Notes: generated by a model from the sequence alone, not told the origin. DNA of 61,842 nt, filler included, from Hausera hauseri (GCA_046269625.1; 10 parts of 10 records of this genome joined end to end with filler, not necessarily neighbours in it), one strand, 5' to 3'; positions 23,403 through 37,912 are shown, numbered from the whole stretch's first letter. Program-made: numbers and translations.

Positions 23403-26400
23403 GTTCGCCGCCAGAAGTCACGGCAAACTCTGGCAAAAGCACTACTTCACTTTCTGAACGCTGACACATCTCTTTTGCTGTCTTTACTCTAAAGGCTGCA
23501 ATCACTGCTCCTACAATACAATCTGTTGACTTTCCCATCTATACAGGTGCAGCGATTTCTTTATTACCACAAACCTTTCCTGTACAAAATTCTGCATTCA
23601 AAATTAAGCCCTTGTACACTGATTCAGGCCAACCGCTGCACATTTCTGGCATGGCTAAATTGCCTTTTACTTTACCCAATTTTCCTTTACCTTTCCACTG
23701 GACGTTCACAGTCGCTAATATCCAGATGGCAATTCCAGGGTCAGACTTTCTCTCACACTATAATTTACTGGTTGACTGCAGTCAGCGATGTTTGAGGAAC
23801 GGCACTACTGGCGACATTTCTGGACATGTAAATAGCATTTCGACTACCGCGCAGTCGACCGGAATGCGGAAGTCAGTCTTAAAAAGTCTATGAATAATTT
23901 GATTTTTTGTAACAGTAATTCCATTCGTAAATTTTTAAATAATAATATTGATATACGATCGAGGTTCGATGTCGATAATTGTGGTACTGCCACCAACGTT
24001 AACACATTCGACAACAATACTTCATCCAACACCATTTTGATTTCAACCATCTTACATAAAATACCACTTGACTGCACATCATCAAACAACTCACACATTG
24101 CATCTGCTACTACTCAAGCCCTTTCACCACTTTCACCGAATCTCTCAGTTGCCTATAACTTTACAACAGTTCGTCAACACATTATGTCCATGCGTACTTG
24201 AAAAAGGTCGTATGTTTACTCCCGCAAACAGTACTTTACACAACATAATCAGACAGCACCAACGTCCAATACACCAAAAAGTACGGCCTCTGTCACCTCG
24301 CCGTAGACAAGCCATAGAAGCCGAATTTCTTGAACTAGAACGTTCTGGCATAGTACGCCGTTCCAAATCTACTTGGTCATAACCTCTACACGTTGTACAA
24401 AAAAGAGCGGTACTTTTAGACCATGCGGTGATTACCGACAGCTGAACAACTTGACTATCATGGACGCCTATTCTTTACCACTCATCAAAGATATCCTGCA
24501 TCGTCCTAACTCAACCATCATCTGTTCAACCATTGATTTAGCTAAAGCATACCATCAAATACCGGTAGCACCCGAAGACATAGAAAAAACTGCTGTCACT
24601 ACTTCCTTTGGCCTCTATGAATACCTGTTTATGCCATTCGGTTTGCGGAATGCCGCACAAACTTTTCAGCACCACATTGATTTAATTCTTGCAGATTTCC
24701 CATTTGCACACCCTTATATCGATGATATTCTAGTCGTTTCATCTTCGGCCAAACAACACGAGGAACACCTTAGTGCTATATTCCAACGTCTTAACCACCA
24801 TAATCTCCAAGTCAGTTTCGACAAATGCCATTTCTTCAAAAAGCGCATTAACTTTTAGGCCACGTTATTACACCAGGCGATCATTCTCCCCTATCAGACC
24901 AAGAGGAAACTCTTAAAAACATCCAGTTGCCACGTACCACCACCGAAATGCGTAGCTTCCTTGGCACACTCCACTTTGTACATAAATATGTATCATATTG
25001 ATCCGAATTGACAGCACTATTTGCGCACCTAAGCGGCGGCAAAAAACATCAGCCAATCCAGTGGACACATGAATTGGTCGACATATTTGACAAGCTACGC
25101 GAAGGAATCAAAACCGTAGATATTTTAGATTTTCCCAAGCCTGATAGTTCTATAGAGAACTATTGGTCATCGTTCTCGCTTTAAAGCACTTCTCCCACCT
25201 ACTTGTCGCTCACCATTTTACTATACAAACCGATCACTAGCCCTTACTTAACATCATGGCCATGAAACACCCTTCCACACGGCAAGAACGACAAATATCA
25301 TACTTATCGACATTTAACTTCGATATTAAACATATTAATGGGGTTAACAATTTGATTAATAATGTTTTATCTAGGTCGGTTAGTTCAATTAATTTTTCTC
25401 CAATTTTTACACAAAATCAGCTTAAACAGAACCAGCCACCTCAAGACATGCTTAATTCTTTCCAGTTTTGCACAATCGTTGACGTCGTGGCTTTAGGAAA
25501 CTCCAAACCAGGCCACTCCGTAATAATTCTAGCACCAGCATTGCAAAGGCAAGCATTTTACAGCGTGCATTCACTACACCATCCTGGTGCTAAAGCCACT
25601 TTTCGTCTACTCCATCGACAAGTGATATGGCCGACAATACGTTCTGATGTGCAGGCATGGGTTAAGGAATGTGTGGCTTGCCAAAAATACAAAACAACTA
25701 AGCATTTAAAGCCACCACTATTCCACTTTCCCTGCACATCGCGTTTCGAATCCGTGCATATCGACATCGTTAGCCATCTTCCTCCAGACAACGGTCATCA
25801 ATTCATTCTCAGCACGATGGACCGTTCCTCGCGATGGCCAGAAGCCATCCCTTTGCGGAGCACAAATACCGACATTATAGCTGACGTTTTCATTCGCACA
25901 TGGATTAGCAGGTTTGGATCACCTCGCTTCATCATCATGGACCAGGGTCCACAGTTTGAATCCAACCTGTTCAAATCCCTCGTTAAGCGATTGGGGATCC
26001 ATCACATATATACTACGCCTTATCACTCCCAATCGAATGGCCTTCTAGAACGTTTCCACCGAACAGAGGAAACGTCACTAAGAATTCTGGCAGGGTCCAA
26101 CGCCAATTGGACGAATCTTCTTCCGTTTGTTCTGCTGGGCTGGCAAAACACTCCGTCCTCTTCTACAGGATGCTCACCTACTGAAGTCTTATTTGGAGCT
26201 CCTGTCCGATCATTATTCGAACTAACTGCCCTAGACGACACTCCTACAGATGAGACGATACGGGCGGCGCAAAATCACTTCGTCGAGGTCAGCAAAGATT
26301 CGTTTTACAGGATACTTCACAAAGACAAAACATACTTAACCGAAGATTTGTGTTCGGCGAAATTTGTATGGCTAAAGAATCAAGCACCTTAAGGTTTCCA

Positions 26401-26520
26401 GCCGCAGTACCTGGGGCCTATAAACTGATACAGCTACACTCACACATCGCCATTATCTCTAAAGACGGAAAAGACCTCATAGTACACATTACCAACTTAC
26501 AGCCCGCTTTCTTTGTCGAC
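23400..26520 (+). pseudogene. pol: Gypsy pol (PR, RT, truncated RH, integrase)
   Basis: IYTGAAISLLP (degenerate DTG), RPCGDYRQLN, IDLAKAYHQIP, MPFGLRNAAQTFQ, YIDDIL, HSLHHPG..CVAC, VHIDIV, DQGPQFES, YHSQSNGLLERFHR. Confidence 0.92.
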
Positions 26521-28349
26521 GACACCTTACTAACCGACACGTTAACTTCTTTTCTCACGCCTCCACTCCCTGCTATCCCTACATCTATTGCTACATCATT
26601 TCCACCTTCCTCTTCCGCGCCTAGCCTTGCTCTACTATTTTCTATACTTTCTACTTCTATTTTTACCACTACTTCTGTGTCATCTCCTTCTTCCACTCCT
26701 TCACTCAACACAATTTCAATCTCTACTCAAAGCTTTTCCTCTTTTACTTTATTTATCACTATACCTGTCAGCACACCTTCGTTTTCTAACACTTTTCAAT
26801 GCCTTTAACCATCCGCCTTCAACAAACACTCTTACNNNNNNNNNNNNNNNNNNNNNNNNNNNNNNNNNNNNNNNNNNNNTTAATTAATTAANNNNNNNNN
26901 NNNNNNNNNNNNNNNNNNNNNNNNNNNNNNNNNNNCCCAATAAAAACGTCCACCTCCACCCCAAACCATTTATAAGCAATATTGGAATTATATTTATTAA
27001 ATATCAACTGAAACTGACAAAGAAATGGATAGCCAGAATAATTAATTATTACCTAACCACTTCTCGCCCTCCCCCACCCCAATTAAAAAAAAATTAAGCG
27101 TTTGTTGGAAACATGAACCAGTATTATCCCCCGTTCATCTATAATGGGTTGCAAAAAGTGTAATTTTACTATGCCAAAAGTTTCAAGTTTGAACCAGATA
27201 TTATTTCACACCACCAAGCAACATCATACAGTATGATCTCACGAGGAAACTGGAGGACAAGAGTGCTGTAATAGTTCTGGGTGGCCTTCTTACACGGTGT
27301 CATGGCTGACGACTCATAGAACCACTAGGTTCAAAGAAGGCAAGGGTTTCTGTGACTGACATGCTACAAAGGAAAAAAAACCACCATAAGCTGTGTGAAG
27401 TTTTACTTTCTTAAAGGTAAAAAAAAATATAATTTGTATTGTGTATGGTGATGTCTTTGTCTACTTTATTTTGGTCTCAACCTAAAGGGATACAAGAAAC
27501 GCGGCTTGCTGTGAGTCAGCACAAGCACTGTAGCGACCGCGCAGATCCATTTCATGTTAAAGACTGATAACACCTCAGCCGCACAGACCGTTGGCACGTG
27601 GATGAGCAAAGAACTTGGTGAACAAAGCTCTTCAAATCATCTGCTAAATAGAAAAATGACCCTTGTCTTTAGCACGAGAAACGATTTTCCCACGTGGTCA
27701 GATTGTCCAGCTAATATCTCATGCAATAATTCTTAATAAACACCAGAGATATACCTCTTTCGAGCTCAGTTATTGGTAATTTTGTAATCGTTAATCGTTT
27801 ACACGTTTTTGTTAATTAATTTGTATGTTTTGTATTTTGGAAAACTAGCAAGGTAAAAGCTATAACATGCTACTGACCCTTTTAAAGATATGCATCACTG
27901 GTTTTGTTAGTGTTGGCGTTGTCCGTGCTTGTTTGATTCTTGTTGTCATAATATGGAGGCACACAACATTACACAGAAATACAAACATAATTGTAGTGTC
28001 AATGGCTGTTAGTGATTTGATATTTGACTTCATTTTTACTGAATGATTATTTGTAAAAAGAGCTTTTCCTGCTGTAATAAAAACATATATTGGGATATGT
28101 TTCATGTTTGCTATTTTCTCTGGTATGTGCTCTGGCTCTTTTATTGTATCACTGATTCATATGAGTATCACTACATGAAAAATGTAAATAAAAAATTCGT
28201 AAAAGATTATTCATGTCTGGATTGTCGGACTTGTGTATCCCATTATTCTCGTTGTGTTTTTCAGAGACGACGTGTATCGTGAGAGCTGTTTAGTGTCACT
28301 CTAACCAAATACTTTTCAAGGCTTATACCTTGTTACATACGTAGTTGCT

Positions 28350-30520
28350 GTCTTTTTTTTTCTTTCTTTCAAACGCTGTGATCTTTACACCAGTAGTCTT
28401 TTCCTTGTTATATAGGATGAGGTTTGAAGTAGATCCTCAATATTTACATACATTTTTCTATGTGAGTGAGTCTCTGTCGTCCAGTGCTCATTACTGTCTT
28501 GGCCGAACAGAGGGCAGTACTGCAGAATGTGCTCTGTTGTTTGGTCTCACATACAACATGGACATTTGGCATGTGGTGCCAGTTTTAGTTTGTGCATGTG
28601 TTGATTTAGACGGCCTTGACCAGCTCTGAGTCGGAACAGAATCACCTGGTCTGTTCGATCAAGAAGATGGATGCCGTCTCTTGGCTGAGGTGTTTTCCTC
28701 ATTGCTTTAACGAAGGTTCTCATTTCACTGTAGCTGACTGTAGATTCATTCTGTTTGCTCCGATTTTGCCCCGCCTTATGCTAGACTATCTGCCTTCTCG
28801 TTTCCGTGTATGCCACAGTGTGATGGAATCCACTGGAGTAGGATCCTTCTGCTGTCACTGACGTTGAATAAGGCCTTATTGAGCTCTAGCAGTTTATCTT
28901 TTTCAAGTGTTTACAGGACAGAAAGTACATAAGTGAAGAACACTGCCTGGTGGCATGTGTTCTTTGATCGGTTAATTATTTCAGCTGCTTTCTGAAGGGC
29001 TTGTACCTCAGCATCGTAGTTGGAACACCATGTTCCAGTAGGAGACTGAGACGTTTCATAGCTCCATCTGGATACCTTATGTATACCTCTGCGCCTCCAT
29101 TTTTAACTGATTGTTGCTGAGCCATCCGTATAGACATGAATCCAAGACTCTGATGGGAACTTCTCATCAATCATACTGCAGGCAAGAGTTCGTTTCTGCA
29201 GGTCATTTATATGTTCACTAGTGTGGTAGTCTTTAATAGTAGTGTTGATAACAATGTTATCAATAGGTTGCTCCCATAGTTTTGGTAAAGAAGTAGGCAT
29301 TTCTGGTGTGGCTGTACTGGGAAGCTCATTATTGTACATTCTTATTAATCTTTTAGAAGGATGAATAAAACTACTTTGTTTCAGCCGTCCACTGGCCAGG
29401 TCTTCAAATCTTGCTCTGTTGGGATGTATGCGGTTTTGTTGAAACTTTACACTTGCAATAAAGTTTAGTGTCCCTTCTGTAGCTAAGAGGTGGCTTTTTT
29501 CGATGTTTTCTATTGGGTTTGACATCATGGCCCCAAGAATTTGCATGAGGGCTTGGTTTTGGACTTTATCTAATGCTTGTTGATGTGAGGTTGCAGCTGT
29601 TGACCATGCTGCTGATCCATATTCAAGGATAGGCCTTACTGCGCCTGTGTAAACTCTTTTCAGTGTATTTGTGTTTGCTCCCCATTTGGTTCCAGCTAGC
29701 TAGTTTGTGTAAGATGGCCAGCCTTCGTCTTGCTTTTGATTCTATTGTTTTCAGTGCATTGTTTCCAGGTTGGTCTGGTGTCTGACACCTAGGTATACTG
29801 GGTTATTGTCTGCTTGTAGTGTCGCGCCTCCAAGTTTGATTTTTCCTGCTTTGTCCTTGTTGGACAAAGTGAAAAGTGTTGTGAAGGATTTCTTTATGTT
29901 GATTGTTACCATAAAGTTCTCAACCGACTGCCAGATTTTATTGGCAGCACTTTGTATTTGCTTATTTGCTTTTGTTAGATGTTCTTCGACACACCATTCT
30001 GCCAGATCATCTGCATAAAAGGCGGCTTTGATGCCTTTTCGGAGCTCTTGAATGAGGTCATTTATATAGACCAAGAAGAGAGTTGGTGATATAACTCCAC
30101 CCTGAGGTACTCAATGTCGCAGTAAAATCTTTCTGCTAACATGGTTTGCTGTTGTTATTCTAACTCTTCGATTATATAGAAAGGTTTGAATCCGTTTCCT
30201 CATTTGTCATCGAATACCATATATTTGCAGCTTTGCGATTAGTTCTCCCTTCCATACTTTATCGAATGCTTTCTGCAGATCGATCCATAGGACAAACACT
30301 TTCTTTTTCTCTCGGAAAGCGTCCTCGAGTCAGTTTCTTGAGACAGGTGAGTTATTTAGTCATCTGCAGCCTGCCTGCTCCGGGACAATAATTTTACTTG
30401 ATTCCATGAACCATGTAAGTCTGTTGTTGATTATCCTCCCTACTGTATTGCTTAAAGAGCAGGTGAGGCAGACTAGTCTGTAGCTGGAGGCTTTAGTTTT
30501 GTCTTTTCCTGTCTTGTGTA
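28350..30520 (-). mobile_element. 5'-truncated non-LTR retrotransposon of the I group (RT-RNase H-CCHC), decayed
   Basis: Minus strand: SYRLVCLT, PEQAG, DLQKAFDKVW, PQGGVISPTLFLVYINDL, FYADDL, YLGV, VYTDGSA, QWIPSHCGIHGNEKAD, RLRAG..RLNQH, CPC...QTTEHILQYCP; 3' tail GAAAGAAAGAAAAAAAAAGA. Confidence 0.9.
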
Positions 30521-31731
30521 ATTTTCGTCGTTAAGTTTCTTACTGAGTTTTTATACCTTGGTTCTTTCCTTATCAAAATTAGCCACGAGGAAGTTCATGC
30601 CAGTTTTTTCGTTGAGCTTGAAGTATTTCACTGGTGAATATAGCCATAGCTTTTGGAGAGAGCTGTGATTTTCTTGTGATGGGTGTTCTTCTGCCTTTGT
30701 ACGGGCTTTATTTAGGATATTCTGTAATTTCTGAAGCGAGGTGGTCCAGTAAGGTACATAGTAGTTATTGTTATTACGGTATGTATTTGCTGCCTTAAAA
30801 TAGCTTATTTAACACAAGAATATAGCAAATTCCCAAAGACATCACACACAAAAAAAAAAAAATAAAAATCATGCGAGAGAAATTCAGATGAATGTCAAGT
30901 TTTTGGTTCTCGTGTTTGATTTTTTTCCTTCTTTGCACCTACATGAAAAAAGTAGTATTAATCATGTATCATATTTATAACCTTCCAAATAATACCCACT
31001 GGACTTTTCTTTCTAATGCCTATTCATTCTGTTGTCAGTTTTGTAACTTATTTAAATATGAACACAAGCTTTTCTACAGATTTGACAAAAAAAAACATTT
31101 ACGCTAAATACAAGAATTGGTCATAAAAATTAAAATTAAAGTGTAACCTGATACTTGCCAAAAATTGTAGGTCAAGTATGTCGAGCCCGCGATAGACAGA
31201 TACAGCGCTCATACTTCAATCGTAGCACTATTCTATGAAGGGAAATTATTCTCTTTACAAACACTGTTTTACTTATAAAATATTTCTCTGAATACTTTTA
31301 AAGTTATGCTTTTAAAGTTATAAATTGTTAAGTATCCATATTACGTAAATATTCATATAACTTACGTGTCCATATAACTTTGAGCAATGGCAAAATCTAT
31401 AACGCAATGAATTATTCTTCTTTTGTTCACGTTGATCCATATCTGCAGATGTATCTCCCCCATGAACTGCACAGTGTTCTGGAGTTCTTAACGTAATGAA
31501 TAAATATGAACTGCGGTTTAGGCGAAGAGTTTAAATAACATTTTAAACGTATGAGTTCAATACAATAGAACCTGGGGGACAGAACAGGGTTGGTAGACCA
31601 TCAACAGCCTAGAGAAGGTCATTAACAAAGAAATAAAAAGCAACAAAGGCATCAACGAACGAAATGAAAATGCATTCGAACGTTAGAGATTGAGATCTAC
31701 AGTGATCGTCCTGTGTGTTCATTAAGCCAAT

Positions 31732-31975
31732 GGAGCCGCGATAGTGTAGTGATTAACGACCTCGCTTTCGATCGTGTGGTAGTGGGTTCATTCCCAGGTG
31801 GGAGCGGTGGAATTTTGTGTTCGACAAAAACGGCTCCAGGGGTCCACTTATCAACCAAAATTGAGTACCGGGGAAATTCTCTAGGAAAGTAAAAGCGGCC
31901 TGGCGTTATAGTGACCACATACCCAGTTACGGGCTGTCGGTCAAAACACGAAATCAGCCGAAACAACACACACAA
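31732..31975 (+). mobile_element. tRNA-derived SINE with Nin-like central domain
   Basis: A-box-like TAGTGTAGTGA, B-box-like GGGTTCATTCCC, body GGGGTCCAC...AAATTGAGTACCGGGG...GTAAAAGCGGCC...GTGACCAC, (CA)-rich tail. Confidence 0.7.
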
Positions 31976-32751
31976 TATACGGAATGCAAGTATACATAAT
32001 ACAAAGAAATAAAGAATGTACCATTTTGTATCGCTCCACCGATAAAGAGCTAAAATACTAGAAACAGATTGTAGAATAATCTGCGTGTGTCATATGCGTG
32101 TCTATGTTTCTTGCATGTATGTGAGTCTGTCACTCCCAATGCGGGTGATACATAGTGTACAAATATAAAACCACCCGCTAAAGCAAACTTCAAACACCGA
32201 GACAATGTCCAGAAAAAGATCATTCGTGTGGGACACGAACAAAAAGGGAGCTTCCATATTTACACTGTCCTTGAATTATCCAACATCATTTGCTGACATT
32301 AGATTACAGTTTGCCACCCTTCTATTTTCATCATCCCAAATGAATAATCTCACATTTGAAGTGTAGCCGAGTTGCGGTCTGTTACGATACGTTTTAGTTA
32401 AAATGTTACCATGCTGCCTTCATTTAAACTTCAGTGTTCTTTCTCAAAATAGCAAAATTGTATCTCTTGAACCAGTAGTTCACCTTCATTTCATGGAATA
32501 GTTAAAATGGAGTTGAAACAGGTGTTGATAATGTTTCTAAAACGGAATATTATCATTCGATTATATTTGAACTTTCAGTAGTGTTGCTGCTGTTATTATT
32601 TTGCATTTTCCCCCCAGAAGGTACACAGTGTTTTCCATGGACAGTTGTAAANNNNNNNNNNNNNNNNNNNNNNNNNNNNNNNNNNNNNNNNNNNNTTAAT
32701 TAATTAANNNNNNNNNNNNNNNNNNNNNNNNNNNNNNNNNNNNNNNNNNNN

Positions 32752-32828
32752 AACTGTAAACATGACGTAAGCTAACGCTAACTGATTAGCCTGTCTGTTT
32801 GCCTGTTACAGATGTTAACAGAATCACT
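32752..32828. repeat. 77-nt perfect inverted repeat with 38475-38551 at both ends of contig F
   Basis: Exact reverse complement for 77 nt, then divergence; probably an assembler k-mer boundary at a genomic repeat. Confidence 0.85.
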
Positions 32829-34725
32829 GCCTGGGGGGCGTCATTGCAAGGTGAACAAGCGTCATCAAACCGTAAGTGTACTGTTAACATTGTGTAAGAT
32901 TATTTAGCAATCTATCTTTCCATTATGATGTCATTATGATGTCATTTTATTGTTTCTAATGACTGCAACAATAAAAACAACACATAATGTCAACACCATT
33001 ACTGTAGGTGTGTGACAAAAATTGAAAACTTTCCCTAATTGTATAAAAAATCATTTTATCAGATGCAGCTAAAATCAAATAAGCTAATAATACATACTCT
33101 GTTGAAATTGGTTGGAAAATAAAGAAGTTATACAATTTTATTGGAATATAAACGGAAGTAAATTTTGGCAATGACTCAATCAGATTGCGGGCCTTAAAAA
33201 CTCACTTTAGAGTCTGCTTTTTTATGAAAGTTGCGCAGAATGTACAAAACAGCTTACACTAAAATATATTTAATTTTTTATTGAAAACTATAGATCCGCA
33301 GCATGACTTTTGATCACTTGAATCTCAAAAACATGCGCCAACTCACCTGTCCCTGTGATCAGTTTGTCACATACCTAATTACTGATATGTTTCATTCTAG
33401 CATATAGTGATCTATATTCTTAAATATGTAACATTATAAAATCAGCTGCAGGCTGAGACAAACCATCTGCTCTCTAGGCTACCTATGATGTTTCAAGCCT
33501 TAGATAAATCTGATAAAGTTCTGATTTCTTCCTCGGCTTTAATATACAGTAGTGTGGTTCTGAAAATTTTGAATATTTTGGTCTGTGGAAATTGGGGATA
33601 AATAACTGATTTCCTGACTACCATTGGCAAAATTAACCATTTTGTGATTCACTTGTGTTTATAAGTCTGTGCATCCTGAGCAGCTGGATATTCATGTATA
33701 GTATTTTATGAAGCAGATCTGAGCCCATGATATTTAAATGTATAAATTAAATTAATCTTTAAAGTATATTTCATTTTAATTTATAGGTAAACCATAAAAT
33801 TACAAAACTATTCAATACAAAATGTATTTATGCTGTTTGATGTTTATTTCAATCATCAGTGAAAATTATTTAAGGATACATAGATATTATGACTTGCGTC
33901 GTGCAGCTCTCATTATATTACTGACTGTCATTAACTCAAATGATCTACAGAATTTATATCTTGTGCTCCATCAATCCTGGTCTGTAAAGGTAAACTAGAG
34001 TTTGGAATCACAAACTAATGAGTTACACACAGGCCTACATTAATCTATAATTAATTTGTACTACATTTGTAACTTAAACTTAAGCCTTTGTTTAAAACTA
34101 TATTTCTGTATAAATCCCTGAGTATTTTGTCTTGTATTCCTGAATTATACAGGGTCAATGCTGAGATATGTGCCAGGAGGAGCTGAAAGCCAGGAGGAAG
34201 AATCAGGTGATCAACATCCAGGTGGTTCAGTCACCAACCAGCAGATCTGTGGGCTTGTCATCAGTACCCTACGAGTTCAGCCACAGACAACTCACATGCA
34301 CAAGCACCACTTTGTTTTTTTGTTGTTGTAAGTCATTGCACAGATCTTTTAAAATGATGATGTGGTATTCATTTATTTCATTTAATATTTGGGGCCTTTA
34401 GAACAGTTACAAATTGCTACAGGGGGTGGAGTGCCCTGGCTAATGAAGGTAAGTTGTAATCCTTGTTGAGATAATTTACTATAATAGACAATATGCTCAA
34501 ATACTAACACTGTAAAAAGTATTGAGCATGTACAGTAAAATGTTCCATCTGTATAAAACCATTGTAGGCAGTGGCTTTGGCTCATCAAGACTGCTGCATT
34601 AATGTGCAGATTGGATTTTACTGCTGTAGATGTTGGAGCTCAAAATGTTAAGTAGTGATGCAATGATCAAGATGTATGATCATGTCTGTAGCATCACTGT
34701 CCTTTGAGAACTATACATTTCTACA

Positions 34726-34770
34726 AATCAGAATCAGAATACTTTAATGATCCCCAGGGGGAAGTTGCAA
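34726..34770 (-). repeat. Teleost-type LINE 3' tail remnant
   Basis: AATCAGAATCAGAATACTTTAATGATCCCCAGGGGGAA, a motif typical of fish Rex/L2-type 3' ends. Confidence 0.5.
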
Positions 34771-35723
34771 TTTTTACAGCTGCAACTGTTCAAGTAAGCA
34801 TTATAAAGTATAACAGAACAAATATATGAGCACACAAGGAAGAAATAAGTATAAAAACTTTGGAGAAACAAGTAAACACAGAGAACAATAAGCATACTTT
34901 AGCGACTGTACAGTGTAAATAGAAATGACAACAGTGATAAACTCTGAAGCTAAAAACAGTATGACTGATGCAAAGATCCCATCAGATCCCATTAGACATA
35001 AGAATAGGTGATGATAGTCATATTGCACATGTTGGATTAAGGTGTCAAGTCCAACTTTTATGAGCTTGACGAACAGTTTGTTTATCTAAGAGTTTATAAT
35101 TTACTTAAAATAGAAAGTAAGACTTTTTTTCAAATCATAAAAGAGCACTTTAGTTTCAATCTAAATCAGCAGATCTGAAGATACGTAGTGCATGTTTTTA
35201 ATGCAGTGTATATAGACATAACTGGATAAAAAGCAATAAAAAACAAATTTTAAGCAAACTGTTTCAAAATTACCACAAAGATGGTTTATAATTCAACATT
35301 TTAGAATAAGAAAATGACATTGTAGAGATTTGTTTTCTTTTAATTTCTCACTTATGGGTTTTCAAATCTTAAACACAGAGAATTGTGCACATGTGATGTT
35401 GCCACCATGGAACACTACACAGTGATGGACAAATTATAATGAAAACCTAAATCTCTCCCTGTCTTTCTCCCCTTTGAGGTGATGTGCCTGTCCAGTGTGA
35501 TGGTCCTCTCGTGTTTCTCCACGCCTCTCATGCTCATCTGCTGCCTCCATGTGTCTTTTAGGTCCATCCTAGAGACTTTGCAATGGTTTCGTACACTTAG
35601 GCAACTGATAAATTAACAAAAATGCAGAAGATAAACAATGTATTTAAGAAGTGCTGGTATAACATCCATTTTTTTAAACATCTTAAGTTCCAATTAGTAA
35701 GTTGATTGCAGAGCTGTCTCAAT

Positions 35724-36929
35724 AGCTATGTTTACATGGACCTGAGTAATCGTATTACTGGCCATTTAGAATAAAAATGTGTCATGTAAACAACCCATTT
35801 GGATTATTCTGATCCAATTCAGTGTGATCCAAATGAGTTTGTAATAGGAATGAGAGGGGTGATTTATGCCGATTGATCATCTCATTTAATCTGATCATCT
35901 CATTCTGATTGTGGAAAACTGAGCTGACTACATATCTTTTGACTTTCATCCACTGGTTTCTGCTCGTTTGTGGAAGGAGGAGCAGCACCACTGTAGTTTC
36001 CAGCAGCACAGAACTTTTCCCACTGTATTCTCACTCAATAAAGGAGGATAATGCACAGTCTGCACTGCTTTACCAAAAAAAAAAAGATATCTGTGAATCA
36101 CCTGTAGCTCAACCAGGCCAGGGAATGTATTAATATCTCCACCACCTTGCGGGTCCATTCTGAGCGCTCAAATGGTTGTTTATGTTCATCATTTTTTTAT
36201 TTGGAGTGGGGGGGCACATGTCAGTGCTTTTATTCTGAATAAAAACCTGGAGTACCTAAACACTCGTCATGACGGATTATGTCATGTATGTTTACGTGCG
36301 TAAAATTCTTTGATTGGATTAAAGTGTATTCTGATTAAATAATCCGAATGTTTACATGCATCAGGCATTCTGAATAAAAACACTGACATGCACACTTGTG
36401 AAACTGCCCTAAAAAAACCAAAAAGTTTTATTTTCGGGATGAACAAACACAACCATCTTATGTTCAGTCAGGATGGAGCCACAACAAATTTTAATAATTG
36501 TGGACACATTACTGCTCTCCCTGGTTGAGCTGCAGGTGTTGTGAGGATTTCTTTTCTATTTTCTTGTGCAAAGCAGCACATGCTGTTTATCTTCCTTCTT
36601 TATTGAATGAGGGAGAAAAAGTTCTGTGCTGCTGGAAACTTCAGTGCTGCTGCTCCTCCCTCCACAAAGGAGCACAAACCAGTGGATGAAAGTCAGAAGA
36701 CACGCACTCAGGTCAGTTTTCCACAACAGAATACGATGATCAGATTATGTGTTTACATGCATGCTGTTTGGATCGTCAATCAGCATAAATCACCCCTCTC
36801 ATTCAGATAACAAATTCATTAGGATCGAGCTGAATCAGATCAGAATAATCCAAGTGAGGTGTTTACATGACACATTTTTATTCCGAATGGCTGCTTAATA
36901 CGATTGCTTATGTCCATGTAAATGTAGCT
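35724..36929. mobile_element. Long palindromic non-autonomous DNA transposon (MITE, Harbinger-like termini)
   Basis: AGCTATGTTTACATGGAC...GTCCATGTAAATGTAGCT termini; the arms are imperfect inverted repeats over several hundred nt; no ORF. Confidence 0.75.
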
Positions 36930-36963
36930 ACTGATCATGAGAAGACTTCTTTAGTACAATAGC

Positions 36964-37912
36964 ACAGAAGAGCACTGCATTCACCTAATACAGTTTTTTG
37001 ACTTCTGATCTCATAATTACGAGGTAAAATGTCATAATTATGAGATCAGGATCTCAAAATTACAAGATAATCTCAATTGTGATAAATTCTCATAATTACG
37101 AGATCAGGTTTGAATAATTATGAGATAAGATGTCATAATTACGAGATCTTGTTCTCCTGTGGATTTTGAGCAGGCACTAGTCCTACATGTGTAATGCCAA
37201 AAGCACGAGTGCCAAGAACAAGCTGAGATGTTTATCCACCTGAATTTTATAAAGGTATGACCCACCGAGTTGAAACTAGGGGAAGTGTGTGCTCTTTGTG
37301 TTCATACAGGACATAATTTAAGCATTTCAGGTGCATGAGCTACTTATAGCCACAGCATCACGTACTGCAGGAAGAGAGTGAGTTCCAGCATGTCAGACTG
37401 GGCTTTTTGCTTGTACAGCCATAAGGAAGACACCTGTGTAATGTCAACATACTAATATTAATGCCATCTGTAAGGTTTTGTTCGGACTGTATTGAATCGG
37501 GCTCTTATTTTGAAACATCCAGTTGCTAAACTGAAAGTACCACTACCAGCTAAATGACATGTTTGTGATGAATCTGCCGAAGCTGAATTAAACAGAACTC
37601 CCGTAGACCGAATTTTGACTGATTTATTAACAAACCTGCAGACAAAAAACCATCCACATTAAGTAAACTTAACATTGCCCAATATTTCATACCTATGAGG
37701 AAATAAAAGCAAATAAAATGTAATAGTGGAGTCATTGTTTACTTTTCCTGTAGTGTCTGTAGTGTAGATCATGGCCATTTAACTTTTCTCATACTTATGA
37801 GATCAGGATCTCGTATTTATGACATCTTGTCTCATAATTATAAGATCCTGATCTTGTATTTATGAGATCAAGGAGTCAAATTTTTATTTGATGAATGCAA
37901 TGCTTTTCCGTA
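36964..37912. mobile_element. MITE with subterminal arrays of short palindromes (TCTCATAATTATGAGA-like)
   Basis: Termini ACAGAAGAGCACTGCATTCA and TGAATGCAATGCTTTTCCGT are imperfect inverted repeats; arrays of ~20-nt units at 37005-37150 and 37785-37870. Confidence 0.7.

Larger units (their letters stand above)
22055..26835 (+). mobile_element. Conventional Ty3/Gypsy LTR retrotransposon, decayed; probable partial 5' LTR at about 22055-22326
   Basis: A GC-rich non-coding block is followed by gag, PR, RT, partial RH and IN. The LTR boundary is inferred; no second LTR is present. Confidence 0.88.

Noticed and set aside
26350-26835. S/T/P-rich and hydrophobic ORFs after the integrase as a possible env
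   Set aside because: Pyrimidine-rich low-complexity sequence gives spurious frames; no signal peptide or Cys pattern.
37005-37870. Short palindromic repeats resembling a CRISPR array
   Set aside because: No unique spacers, no cas genes, eukaryotic context; they are MITE subterminal repeats.
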